Origin: Eubacteriales bacterium
Lineage (GTDB): Bacteria > Bacillota > Clostridia > Oscillospirales > CAG-272
Direction: 5' to 3'
DNA: 64,000 nucleotides
NCBI GenBank assembly: GCA_045602385.1
Contig: JAZSBL010000010.1
Location: 18,802 to 82,801, forward strand
The stretch's first letter is position 1. Each line of letters opens with the position of its first letter. Of this stretch, positions 56,422 through 64,000 are shown piece by piece. The position numbers were made by a program, and so were the translations under genes. The notes beneath the pieces were generated by a model. The model had not been told where the DNA came from. It ran no database searches and saw nothing but the letters and a program-made list of their open reading frames with translations.

Positions 56422-58266
56422 TTATCCTTTATCTTTTTTGAAATAGTCAACTATATTTTCGGCATCCGCGCGGCTTATTCCCTTTACCGCCGCAAGCGTT
56501 TCGACATTCGCGCCCTTGACCGCGGTATAGCCGCCAAGCGCCTTGAGCAGTGCCTTTGCCTTGGCATCTCCGATGCCCTTTATCTTAGTCAGCGACGATT
56601 TTGTCAAGGTTTTGCTCTTTGCCGCCGTCATCTTTGAAACCGTGTATCTATGGACCTCCTCCTGGAGCTTGTAGATAAATACAAAGAGCGCGTTTTCCTT
56701 GGCTATGCTTATCTCCTCCGAGTCGGTACACAGCGCGCGCGTTTTATGGAAATCGTCCTTTACCATACCGAATACGGGAACCTCTATTCCCATTTCACAA
56801 AGCAGCTCCTTGACCACCGACACGTGTCCGCGGCCGCCGTCAAGCAAAACAAGGTCGGGAAGATTCTTAAACGAGCCCTCCTCGTCCTCAAGGTGGGCAA
56901 ATCTACGCGCGAGCGCCTCGCGCATGCTCGCGTAGTCGTCGGTGCCCTCGGTTACGCTCTTTATCTTGAAGCTTCGGTAATCGGCGCGCTTTAGCTTTCC
57001 GTCCTCGCACACTATCATTCCCGCGGTGATATGCTCATGCCCTATATTTGATATATCGTATGCCTCTATCCTCTCGGGGTAAAATTCAAGCCCGAGTATC
57101 TCCATAAGGCGCAGAAGGACCTTTTCGTCCTTTTCCGCAGACTCTCTGTATTCCCTTGCCCTCTCGGACGCGTTGTCGCGCACCATATCGCAAAGCGTCT
57201 TCATATCTCCCCTCTCGGGTGTGCGCAGGCTTACCTTACGGCCCGCAAGCTCTGAGAGATAGCTGCTTATCAGCTCGCCCTCGGCATCCTCAAGCTCAAA
57301 GGAAAGAAGTATGCTCTTTGGAATATATTCGCGGACTCTGTAAAGCTCGCATATAAACGCCGCTATGTTCGTTTCATCCACTATTCTGTCTTTGCCGAAA
57401 ACGAACTCCGCCTTATCGCTTACCGCTCCGTTTCTGATATAGAATACCGATATGCAGGAGCATACGTCGTCCTGATAAAGCGCGATCACATCGTGCTCCG
57501 CGTCGGGTGATGCCACCACCTTTTGCTTCTGCCCGAGCTTATCCAGCGCAGCTAACGTATCGCGGTATTTTGCCGCGACCTCATACCTTTCGGTCTCCGC
57601 CGCCTCAAGCATCTTCTGCTCAAGCTCGCGCTTGACTTGCGACGTATTGCCGCGCAGGACCTCCGTGGCGTATTTTATCTTCTCCGCGTATTCATCCGCG
57701 CTTATATTGCCCGTGCAAACACCGCAGCATTTTTTAAGCTGGTAATATAGGCAAGGTCTTTCCTTTCCTATATCCTTGGGGAAGCTCCGCTTACAGGTGG
57801 GAAGTCCCAGCACCGCGGACAGGGTGTTTATTACCGAATACACCGTGGCAGTTCCTGAATAAGGGCCGAAGTATTTGCCCTTGTCGTTCTCCCTTTTTCT
57901 CGTCATAATAAGACGGGGATACTCTCCCTCGCTTATCTTGATATAGGGATAGGACTTTGCATCCTTAAGTCTTATGTTATACTTTGGCGAATACTGCTTG
58001 ATAAGCGTATTCTCAAGCGAGAGCGCCTCTATCTCAGTGTCGCAGACGTAATAGTCGAAGTCCTTGACCTGGCGCACCATATTCGCCGTTTTTATATTCT
58101 TTTCGCTATTTTGAAAATACTGTGAGACCCTGTTTTTCAGCTTGCGCGATTTTCCTACGTAAATAACGCTCCCCGCCGCGTTTTTCATGATGTAAACGCC
58201 GGGGCGCAGAGGCAGCGCATTCGCCTTTTGCAGCAATATTTTATTTTCGGATTCCCTTATTGCCAT
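56422..58266 (-). CDS. uvrC: excinuclease ABC subunit C
   Basis: 614 aa; GIY-YIG (PGVYIMKN...VIYVGKS), UVR domain, and C-terminal RNase H-like and HhH domains. Confidence 0.95.
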   Translation of the reverse strand: MAIRESENKILLQKANALPLRPGVYIMKNAAGSVIYVGKSRKLKNRVSQYFQNSEKNIKTANMVRQVKDFDYYVCDTEIEALSLENTLIKQYSPKYNIRLKDAKSYPYIKISEGEYPRLIMTRKRENDKGKYFGPYSGTATVYSVINTLSAVLGLPTCKRSFPKDIGKERPCLYYQLKKCCGVCTGNISADEYAEKIKYATEVLRGNTSQVKRELEQKMLEAAETERYEVAAKYRDTLAALDKLGQKQKVVASPDAEHDVIALYQDDVCSCISVFYIRNGAVSDKAEFVFGKDRIVDETNIAAFICELYRVREYIPKSILLSFELEDAEGELISSYLSELAGRKVSLRTPERGDMKTLCDMVRDNASERAREYRESAEKDEKVLLRLMEILGLEFYPERIEAYDISNIGHEHITAGMIVCEDGKLKRADYRSFKIKSVTEGTDDYASMREALARRFAHLEDEEGSFKNLPDLVLLDGGRGHVSVVKELLCEMGIEVPVFGMVKDDFHKTRALCTDSEEISIAKENALFVFIYKLQEEVHRYTVSKMTAAKSKTLTKSSLTKIKGIGDAKAKALLKALGGYTAVKGANVETLAAVKGISRADAENIVDYFKKDKG

Positions 58267-58289
58267 TTCTGCCTCCTTAAAAAATTTTT

Positions 58290-58329
58290 TAAAAAAATAA
58301 CGGGGCTGTACAGTTTAAAGTCCAGCCCC
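58290..58329 (-). terminator. intrinsic terminator after ptsH
   Basis: On the minus strand, GGGGCTG-14 nt-CAGCCCC followed by GTTATTTTTTT. Confidence 0.65.
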
Positions 58330-58349
58330 ATTTCTTTGATTGCGGTTTA

Positions 58350-58613
58350 TTACTCGTTAAATCCCGAATTGATGAGAGAAACGAGACCGTCTATCGCTGC
58401 GTCCTCGTCCTGTCCGTCAGCAGAAAGCGTAACGGTCATTCCCTTTGCAATTCCAAGAGAAAGCACGCCAAGCAAGCTCTTTGCGTTTACCTTGCGGTTA
58501 TCCTTCTCAATAAGAATCGTGCTCTTATAAAAGTTAGCCTTCTGGATAAAGAAGGTAGCGGGACGCGCGTGAAGTCCGCTGGAATTGGTTATCATAATCT
58601 CACAAGTTTTCAT
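58350..58613 (-). CDS. ptsH: HPr family phosphocarrier protein
   Basis: 87 aa; SGLHARPA active-site His region and KSLLGVLSLGI (Ser46 region). Confidence 0.9.
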   Translation of the reverse strand: MKTCEIMITNSSGLHARPATFFIQKANFYKSTILIEKDNRKVNAKSLLGVLSLGIAKGMTVTLSADGQDEDAAIDGLVSLINSGFNE

Positions 58614-58786
58614 TGTTAATACCTCATATACGTATTGAAGACAGTTTCAGTTCTATATTTAAGTATAGCAGAATGTCAAGTCAAAATCAAGAGGTAATAA
58701 TGTACATATTTGAACACCTTGCAAGTCTTTTTTGTTGCAGTTTATACAATAAAAACCATAAAATGCACTTGCAAGCCTGTATTTTC

Positions 58787-59263
58787 TTAATTTGATGCAA
58801 CCTCTATGCTCTTAACGGTGATCTTTAAAACTGCGGTGTCGGTATAAACGTCAAGTGTGGAGCCCACGGTGATATTTCTGTCATTTACCACGTAGTATTC
58901 ACCGTCCTGCGCCTTGTGCGCATCCTCGTGAAGGCGAAGCGTACCGCAAATGGTGATAATTCCGCTCTCCTCGGTTTGCTTCTTATATACCGCGCCGTGA
59001 GTATCGCTTGTATCAGAGTCAAAAAGATTGCCAAGCTGTGTCTGATCTGCGGTAAGGTAGACCGCACTGCCGTTTCCGAGATAGTTAAGTATTCCCTCGT
59101 CCTCAACCTCAGCCTCAAAGCTTACTATAATATTACTCTGGCTGTCGGATTCCTCCTTTGCCACCTCGGTATATATGCGATATCCCGCAGTTCCGATAAG
59201 AGCAACGAGCAAGAGTATTATAACAACGTCAATGACGTTAAGTCTTTTTCTTTCTTTTTTCAT
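58787..59263 (-). CDS. membrane-anchored protein, DUF4330-like
   Basis: N-terminal KKERKRLNVIDVVIILLLVAL anchor plus a beta-rich domain. Start trimmed to ATG 59263 (SD GGAGGG). Confidence 0.5.
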   Translation of the reverse strand: MKKERKRLNVIDVVIILLLVALIGTAGYRIYTEVAKEESDSQSNIIVSFEAEVEDEGILNYLGNGSAVYLTADQTQLGNLFDSDTSDTHGAVYKKQTEESGIITICGTLRLHEDAHKAQDGEYYVVNDRNITVGSTLDVYTDTAVLKITVKSIEVASN

Positions 59264-59264
59264 A

Positions 59265-59891
59265 TTATTCACCCTCCACGGAAAGCGCAGTTACAAGCAC
59301 GTTGTAAAGATTGGTCTCCCCACAACGCAACGCGGCATACTTACTTCCAACCGCAAGACGGCTATCGCCTACCGAATAGCCCTCTCCGTCTCTGTGCTTA
59401 ACGCTTGCCTGTACAGTCAGGATGACCTTTCCACCGTTATTGCCCGGCTGATCTCCGGGATCCTTGACAGTCTTGACCCCTGTAATCTTACCGAAATACA
59501 CCGAGTTGTCTGCAACGTCCATGAAAAGCTCCCCGCCCTCCAGAGATTTATATGTATCCGGATCGTCAAGGACAGACACCGTTATCTGATACTCCACGTC
59601 AACTCCGTCATAGTCGTTGGAATAATATCTGAACAAAAGATAAGAGCCGATTATGACCGCCAACACGAGCACGAGCATCAATATGCCCGCGATAATATCA
59701 ACCGCAACGGGAAGCTTTTTCTTTACCTTCACGGCAGAGCCCACGGGGCGCTCCTTTATCTTCTTTCCGACAAAAAGCTCCGTGCGCAGGCCAACCACGG
59801 GATTTTCCTTCGCCTTTTTTGTCGAGTCGGCGCTTTTAAGTCCCTGCGCCTGTTCGTCTTTTTTATATTTGTTTATTTCAGCCATAGCCAT
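59265..59891 (-). CDS. membrane-anchored protein, DUF4330-like paralog
   Basis: 208 aa; a single TM (VDIIAGILMLVLVLAVIIG) and a similar beta-rich C-terminal domain. Confidence 0.45.
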   Translation of the reverse strand: MAMAEINKYKKDEQAQGLKSADSTKKAKENPVVGLRTELFVGKKIKERPVGSAVKVKKKLPVAVDIIAGILMLVLVLAVIIGSYLLFRYYSNDYDGVDVEYQITVSVLDDPDTYKSLEGGELFMDVADNSVYFGKITGVKTVKDPGDQPGNNGGKVILTVQASVKHRDGEGYSVGDSRLAVGSKYAALRCGETNLYNVLVTALSVEGE

Positions 59892-59926
59892 TACCTTCCT
59901 TTCTTATCGGTAGAAAAGCTATTTTG

Positions 59927-61903
59927 TCAATTGTAAAACAGGACCGAAACGTCCTTTGAGTCCTCGCTTGAGGTAAACTCCGCGTCGCGTATGCGGTCTC
60001 TTTCGTTTCCAAGTCTGATATATCCCATCAGAACTCCGGTAAACGCCCAGAAGAAATACATTACTCTTACGTCTATCCATATTCCATAGACAAAGCCAAG
60101 CAAAAGCGATCCTATTATTCCGCAATATAACGCAAGGGCATTTCCCCTCTGCTCCTTGCTGTCAGAGGATATAAAGAAGCCAAGGCTTCTCTTTATGAGG
60201 AATATGAGGAATACGACAAATGCCACAAGTCCGAATATTCCCGACCAGCATACTATCTGCAGCCAGAGTGACATCGGCTGTGTTGCGCCGGCGGACTCCA
60301 CGCTTGCATAAGGAGCAAACGCTGACGTAAATGCATGCTCTCCCACACCGATACCGAAGATATTTCCGTCAAGAATCATTCTCACCGCATCGTGGGTGAC
60401 GCTTGAGTGAAGCTCCGCATCGGGCATGCCCGCAGGCATATATTCCATAAGAATTTGGGAAATATCGGGTATGCCGAGATACTCTACCCCATAAGGATAA
60501 AGAAGCGCTATTATTCCAACCGGAATGATCGCGAATATCGTTGCGGTCATGGTCTTATGACTGCATATGAACCAGAACAGAATAAGCTCGATCAGAAGCG
60601 CGATTATGATCTCGTAGTGACTGCACATCCAAGCGGCAGCGAACAGAATAATGCCGCCGACCGTGACGAGCGCGACTCCCCTGAAGCTCTTGCGCTTGAT
60701 AATGTACGCCGAGAACAACGGGAAAACGAGAAGCGCGAACATACCGAACACCACTCCGTCATCCAATATATAGAGCATGTTTTCCTCTGTTATATTTGAG
60801 ATCGCGGGGGTGAAGGTGTCTATTATTCTTGCAGAGAGTCCGTTATACGTACTCTCAATGATTCCTACAAAGCAAAGGATAAGGAAGGATGCGGTGACCG
60901 TCTTAAGACATGCCGACAGCATCTTCTCGGTGTTTACAAGATTGTACGTCAGAAGAAATCCGCCAAGGATATATACGACTGCAGAAAGTGAATCCGCAAA
61001 CGCTCTGGGGCCGCCACCTGTAAACATTCCGCCAACCGCGATAAATCCGCAGAAAAGCATTACCATGGTTATCTCGGGGGACAAGGTAAAGGTTCTCTTT
61101 CTCTGGAACACCTTGCAGAAATATGACACGGCAGTTATCAATATCATGATAAACAGCACAACGTGCGGGCTTGGCAGATACTGCATAAACGGCAGTGCCG
61201 CCAAGGTGATTATAATTCCAGTTTCCGGGAATGCGAAGATCAAAAATACCGCCGTCAGGCAAAGGAAAAGTATCGGGATATAAAGCGGATTGGTAAAATA
61301 CGACACCACTCCGCACGCAATACCAAGCAACGCCGCAACGAATACGCACACCGTTCCGCCATACTGCTTTTTGACCTTCAGTCTTTCCTCCGGCACGCAA
61401 AGAAGATCGCGTATTATCTTGCCGACAAATCTGCTTGCCGCAAGCGCCGGAACCGCCGACTTTGAGGAGAACAGAAGCGGTAGGGCCGCTACCATTATCA
61501 CTCCCGAAAATATGACCGCGTATTTGTCAAAATACGTAAAATCGCTGATAAATGCGGGGATAAGATACGCTATCGCAGAGATAAGCCCGTAGAACACGAA
61601 GAACATTCCGAAAACGTTCAGCTTGACCGATGCCAGGAAGGTTCGTATGAACAGAAGCGTTCTTGAGGACACGCTCTTCTCCATCAATGCCTCAGGATAT
61701 TTAAAAAGCCTGTTCTCCGCCCTTACCTTCTTTTCCTCCAGCGTTTTCGCAAGCATGCTTCTCTTGCACAGCGTGTCGTTTGAGGAGAGCATATCGCCTA
61801 CTCTGCCGTTAACGAAGAACGAATAAATCCCGGCGGTAAATCTGTTTGCCAAACCGTGTAAAAGCGAGGAACGCTTTTTGCTTTTTGCCTTTTTAAGTGC
61901 CAT
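59927..61903 (-). CDS. polytopic membrane protein, O-antigen ligase (Wzy_C)-like
   Basis: 658 aa with more than 12 TM helices. The family call rests on overall architecture and memory of the neighbourhood. Confidence 0.55.
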   Translation of the reverse strand: MALKKAKSKKRSSLLHGLANRFTAGIYSFFVNGRVGDMLSSNDTLCKRSMLAKTLEEKKVRAENRLFKYPEALMEKSVSSRTLLFIRTFLASVKLNVFGMFFVFYGLISAIAYLIPAFISDFTYFDKYAVIFSGVIMVAALPLLFSSKSAVPALAASRFVGKIIRDLLCVPEERLKVKKQYGGTVCVFVAALLGIACGVVSYFTNPLYIPILFLCLTAVFLIFAFPETGIIITLAALPFMQYLPSPHVVLFIMILITAVSYFCKVFQRKRTFTLSPEITMVMLFCGFIAVGGMFTGGGPRAFADSLSAVVYILGGFLLTYNLVNTEKMLSACLKTVTASFLILCFVGIIESTYNGLSARIIDTFTPAISNITEENMLYILDDGVVFGMFALLVFPLFSAYIIKRKSFRGVALVTVGGIILFAAAWMCSHYEIIIALLIELILFWFICSHKTMTATIFAIIPVGIIALLYPYGVEYLGIPDISQILMEYMPAGMPDAELHSSVTHDAVRMILDGNIFGIGVGEHAFTSAFAPYASVESAGATQPMSLWLQIVCWSGIFGLVAFVVFLIFLIKRSLGFFISSDSKEQRGNALALYCGIIGSLLLGFVYGIWIDVRVMYFFWAFTGVLMGYIRLGNERDRIRDAEFTSSEDSKDVSVLFYN

Positions 61904-61941
61904 ATTTCTCCTCCCTTCAAAATCTTATTGACCGTGAGAGA

Positions 61942-62640
61942 TCACTTCTCCAACAGGTCGGGGCGCTGTCTTTCGGTAAGCTCCCTTGCGCTCTCGTCGC
62001 GCCATTTGTCTATATTTGCGTGATGTCCCGATATAAGCACGTCGGGAACCTTTACGCCGTGAAATTCATAGGGCCTTGTATACTGCGGATATTCAAGCAT
62101 TCCCGACGAAATGCTCTCCTTCTCGTAGCACTCCGGATCTGAAAGCACACCGTCAAGCAGCCTTGAAACGCAGTCCACGAGTATCGCCGCGGGTACCTCG
62201 CCGCCCGTAAGAACGAAATCTCCTATTGAAATCTCCTCGTCTACGATCTCGTCGATTATACGTCTGTCAACGCCCTCGTAGTGTCCGCAAAGGATTATTA
62301 TATTCTCTTCCTCTGAAAGCTCCTCGGCCTTCTTCTGGTTCAAGACCTTTCCCGCGGGCGACATGTATATCACACGTCTTTTTTCGGGGACGAAGCACGC
62401 CTCTGCCTGCTCCTTGAGTATAGCTGAATAGCAATTATATATAGGGGGCGCCATCATAAGCATTCCCTTGCCGCCGCCATAGGGTGTATCATCCACCCTT
62501 CGGTGCTTGTCCTCGGAATAATCTCTTATATTGTAAAGGTTTATCTCGACAGCTCCGCTCTTCTGCGCCCTGCCGATTATGCTCTCCCTGAGTATGTTAT
62601 CCACCATATCGGGAAAGAGCGTCATTATATCAAATCTCAT
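61942..62640 (-). CDS. trmD: tRNA (guanine37-N1)-methyltransferase
   Basis: MRFDIMTLFPDM... and the GHYEGVDRRI motif. Start trimmed to ATG 62640. Confidence 0.93.
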   Translation of the reverse strand: MRFDIMTLFPDMVDNILRESIIGRAQKSGAVEINLYNIRDYSEDKHRRVDDTPYGGGKGMLMMAPPIYNCYSAILKEQAEACFVPEKRRVIYMSPAGKVLNQKKAEELSEEENIIILCGHYEGVDRRIIDEIVDEEISIGDFVLTGGEVPAAILVDCVSRLLDGVLSDPECYEKESISSGMLEYPQYTRPYEFHGVKVPDVLISGHHANIDKWRDESARELTERQRPDLLEK

Positions 62641-62648
62641 ATTTTGCC

Positions 62649-63164
62649 TCAATCGTCACTTAAAAGTCCGGGAATCACCTCAACGAATATTCCCTTGTCA
62701 AGGTCGATCCTCTTTACGAATTCCTTGACCGCGGGCATCATACGCTCGCCTTCTGCGGTCTTAACTACGTAAATGTCGGATGCGCCGCGGTTTATAACAT
62801 CTACCACCTTGCCGTAGGTCGCACCGCTTACGTTGTCTATAACGGGAAGTCCTATAAGATCTGCAATAAAGAAATCGCCCTTTTTAAGCTTGAAATCCTC
62901 GCGCGCCGCGTAAAGCGTCTTGCCTTTATAGGTCATAGCCTTATCTATGTCGTCAACGCCCTCAAGAGATGCAAGCACGAAGCTTTTAAAGACAGAGGCA
63001 TGGAGAACCTTTATCTCCTTGTACGCTCCGCCCTCATAAAGGTAAACTCTCTTAAGTCCCGCCAATACGGAGGGGCTGTCACAGAGAGATTCAAGCTTTA
63101 CGTCGCCACGTACGCCGTGTGTATTTATGATTATCGCACATTCAAGATATTTTTTCTTTTCCAT
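62649..63164 (-). CDS. rimM: 16S rRNA processing protein RimM
   Basis: 171 aa; GVRGDVKL motif and a PRC barrel C-terminus, directly upstream of trmD. Confidence 0.88.
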   Translation of the reverse strand: MEKKKYLECAIIINTHGVRGDVKLESLCDSPSVLAGLKRVYLYEGGAYKEIKVLHASVFKSFVLASLEGVDDIDKAMTYKGKTLYAAREDFKLKKGDFFIADLIGLPVIDNVSGATYGKVVDVINRGASDIYVVKTAEGERMMPAVKEFVKRIDLDKGIFVEVIPGLLSDD

Positions 63165-63213
63165 TGCTTTTTACTCACCCAAACAACATTTTCCCATATT
63201 AATATATAGAAAC

Positions 63214-63242
63214 ATTATATCACACTTATTTTAGAATTGCAA
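63214..63242 (-). promoter_or_regulatory. sigma-A type promoter for rimM-trmD
   Basis: On the minus strand, TTGCAA, 17-nt spacer, TATAAT. Confidence 0.55.
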
Positions 63243-63323
63243 CATATTCCCAAACTTTTCTTCAAAAAGCAATATCTTTTTACCGAACATTGCCTTGTAT
63301 ATAAAAAATTTACAAATATACCG

Positions 63324-63352
63324 TTGAAATTTGATTTTCCCGTAGCTATAAT
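63324..63352 (+). promoter_or_regulatory. sigma-A type promoter for yajC
   Basis: TTGAAA (63324-63329), 17-nt spacer, TATAAT (63347-63352). Confidence 0.6.
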
Positions 63353-63389
63353 ATAAAGGATGTTCAACTTGAAGAAAGGAATTAGTAAA

Positions 63390-63713
63390 ATGATTTTTGC
63401 TTTGTCAGACACAGCTAATGCAGGCGCAGATCTTCTTTCCATGCTCCCCATGATCCTTATCATAGGCGTTATGATCGTTTTCATGGTGATCAGCGCTCGC
63501 AAGCAGAAAAAGCAGGACCAGGAGATAGCAAACATGCGCAACAATCTCCAGGTTGGAGATGAGGTTACAACGATCGGCGGTATCATCGGTAGAATCGTAA
63601 GCATCAAGGAAGAAACATGCGTTATCGAGACAAGCCGTGACGGCACGAAGATCCGTTTTCTCAAAAGCGCTATCAGCCGCGTTGACGTAAAGGCTGAGGA
63701 CACCATAGGCTAA
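63390..63713 (+). CDS. yajC: preprotein translocase subunit YajC
   Basis: TM helix, then LQVGDEVTTIGGIIGRIVSIKE, the YajC signature. Start trimmed to ATG 63390. Confidence 0.85.
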   Translation: MIFALSDTANAGADLLSMLPMILIIGVMIVFMVISARKQKKQDQEIANMRNNLQVGDEVTTIGGIIGRIVSIKEETCVIETSRDGTKIRFLKSAISRVDVKAEDTIG

Positions 63714-63731
63714 TATCAATGTCATAAAAAC

Positions 63732-63783
63732 GCCTCCGGGTTGCATATATTTCCTTACGAATATATGTCACGGAGGCCTTTTT
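63732..63783 (+). terminator. long hairpin after yajC
   Basis: GCCTCCG...CATATAT-10 nt-ATATATG...CGGAGGC followed by CTTTTT. The 3' arm contains the SD of the next ORF. Confidence 0.5.
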
Positions 63784-64000
63784 ATGTTTAATGAACGAAC
63801 AAGGATAAAGGGTGGATTGCCAACGGTACGAAGCCGCGCGGCTTGCGCGGCATGCAAAAGAGACAGAGAGGATACTCCTCTTTTTAAAAAGATTATGCTA
63901 TCATCGCTTTGGGGACTTGGCGCAAGCCTCTTGTGTGGCATAATACTTGTAAGTATAGTCTCTGCCATAGCCTGCCTAAGCCCCGACCCGCTATCATTGA
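63784..64000 (+). CDS. partial membrane protein (runs off the window end; possibly TIGR04086-like)
   Basis: ATG 63784 lies 7 nt after GGAGG, and the frame is open to the window edge. MFNERTRIKGG...SSLWGLGASLLCGIILVSIVSAIA is a TM helix. Not in the ORF track because no stop codon falls inside the window. Confidence 0.4.
   Translation, partial: MFNERTRIKGGLPTVRSRAACAACKRDREDTPLFKKIMLSSLWGLGASLLCGIILVSIVSAIACLSPDPLSL

Noticed and set aside
1121-63164. Reading the 60-kb separation of rplS from rimM-trmD as evidence that the whole interval is an inserted element.
   Set aside because: The interval is filled with essential or core genes at backbone GC content and with Bacillus-like synteny blocks. 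This is an operon split or rearrangement, not an insertion.

Overview
This 64-kb window looks like a core chromosomal segment from a spore-forming Firmicute, probably Clostridia (Oscillospiraceae-like) judging by gene content and the yabM-mazG-hup-yabO-yabP-yabQ-divIC synteny. About 60 genes are packed tightly, and nearly all lie on the minus strand. Most are housekeeping genes: rplS, argS, recN, argR, nadK, tlyA, ispA, xseAB, nusB, relA, dtd, recJ, cdaA-cdaR, pgi, uvrA, uvrB, uvrC, coaD, rsmD, ptsH, trmD, rimM and yajC. Many intergenic regions carry near-consensus sigma-A promoters (TTGACA/TTGAAA, 17-nt spacer, TATAAT) and clear hairpin terminators. I found no rRNA, tRNA or CRISPR array. Three low-GC accessory patches interrupt this backbone. 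(1) A 1.3-kb patch at 22775-24103 is bounded by 42-bp inverted repeats. It carries a class I SAM methyltransferase and a DUF559 (Vsr-like endonuclease) gene, and that gene sits inside its own 46-48-bp inverted repeats. (2) A second DUF559 gene lies inside 65-bp near-perfect inverted repeats, wedged between uvrB and uvrA, with a 97-bp-period duplication beside it. (3) A 3.5-kb patch between uvrB and coaD encodes a 913-aa lipoprotein with 39-aa Cys3-His tandem repeats and GLUG repeats. It is driven by a perfect consensus promoter through a ~178-nt leader that has mutually exclusive stem/terminator pairings, and it is followed by an odd repeat-rich, A-tract-phased non-coding stretch. The candidates I rate most novel are the two hairpin-bracketed DUF559 mini-elements, which share architecture but not sequence, and the candidate riboregulator with its repeat lipoprotein. 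All calls rest on reading the sequence and translations by eye; no database search was run.
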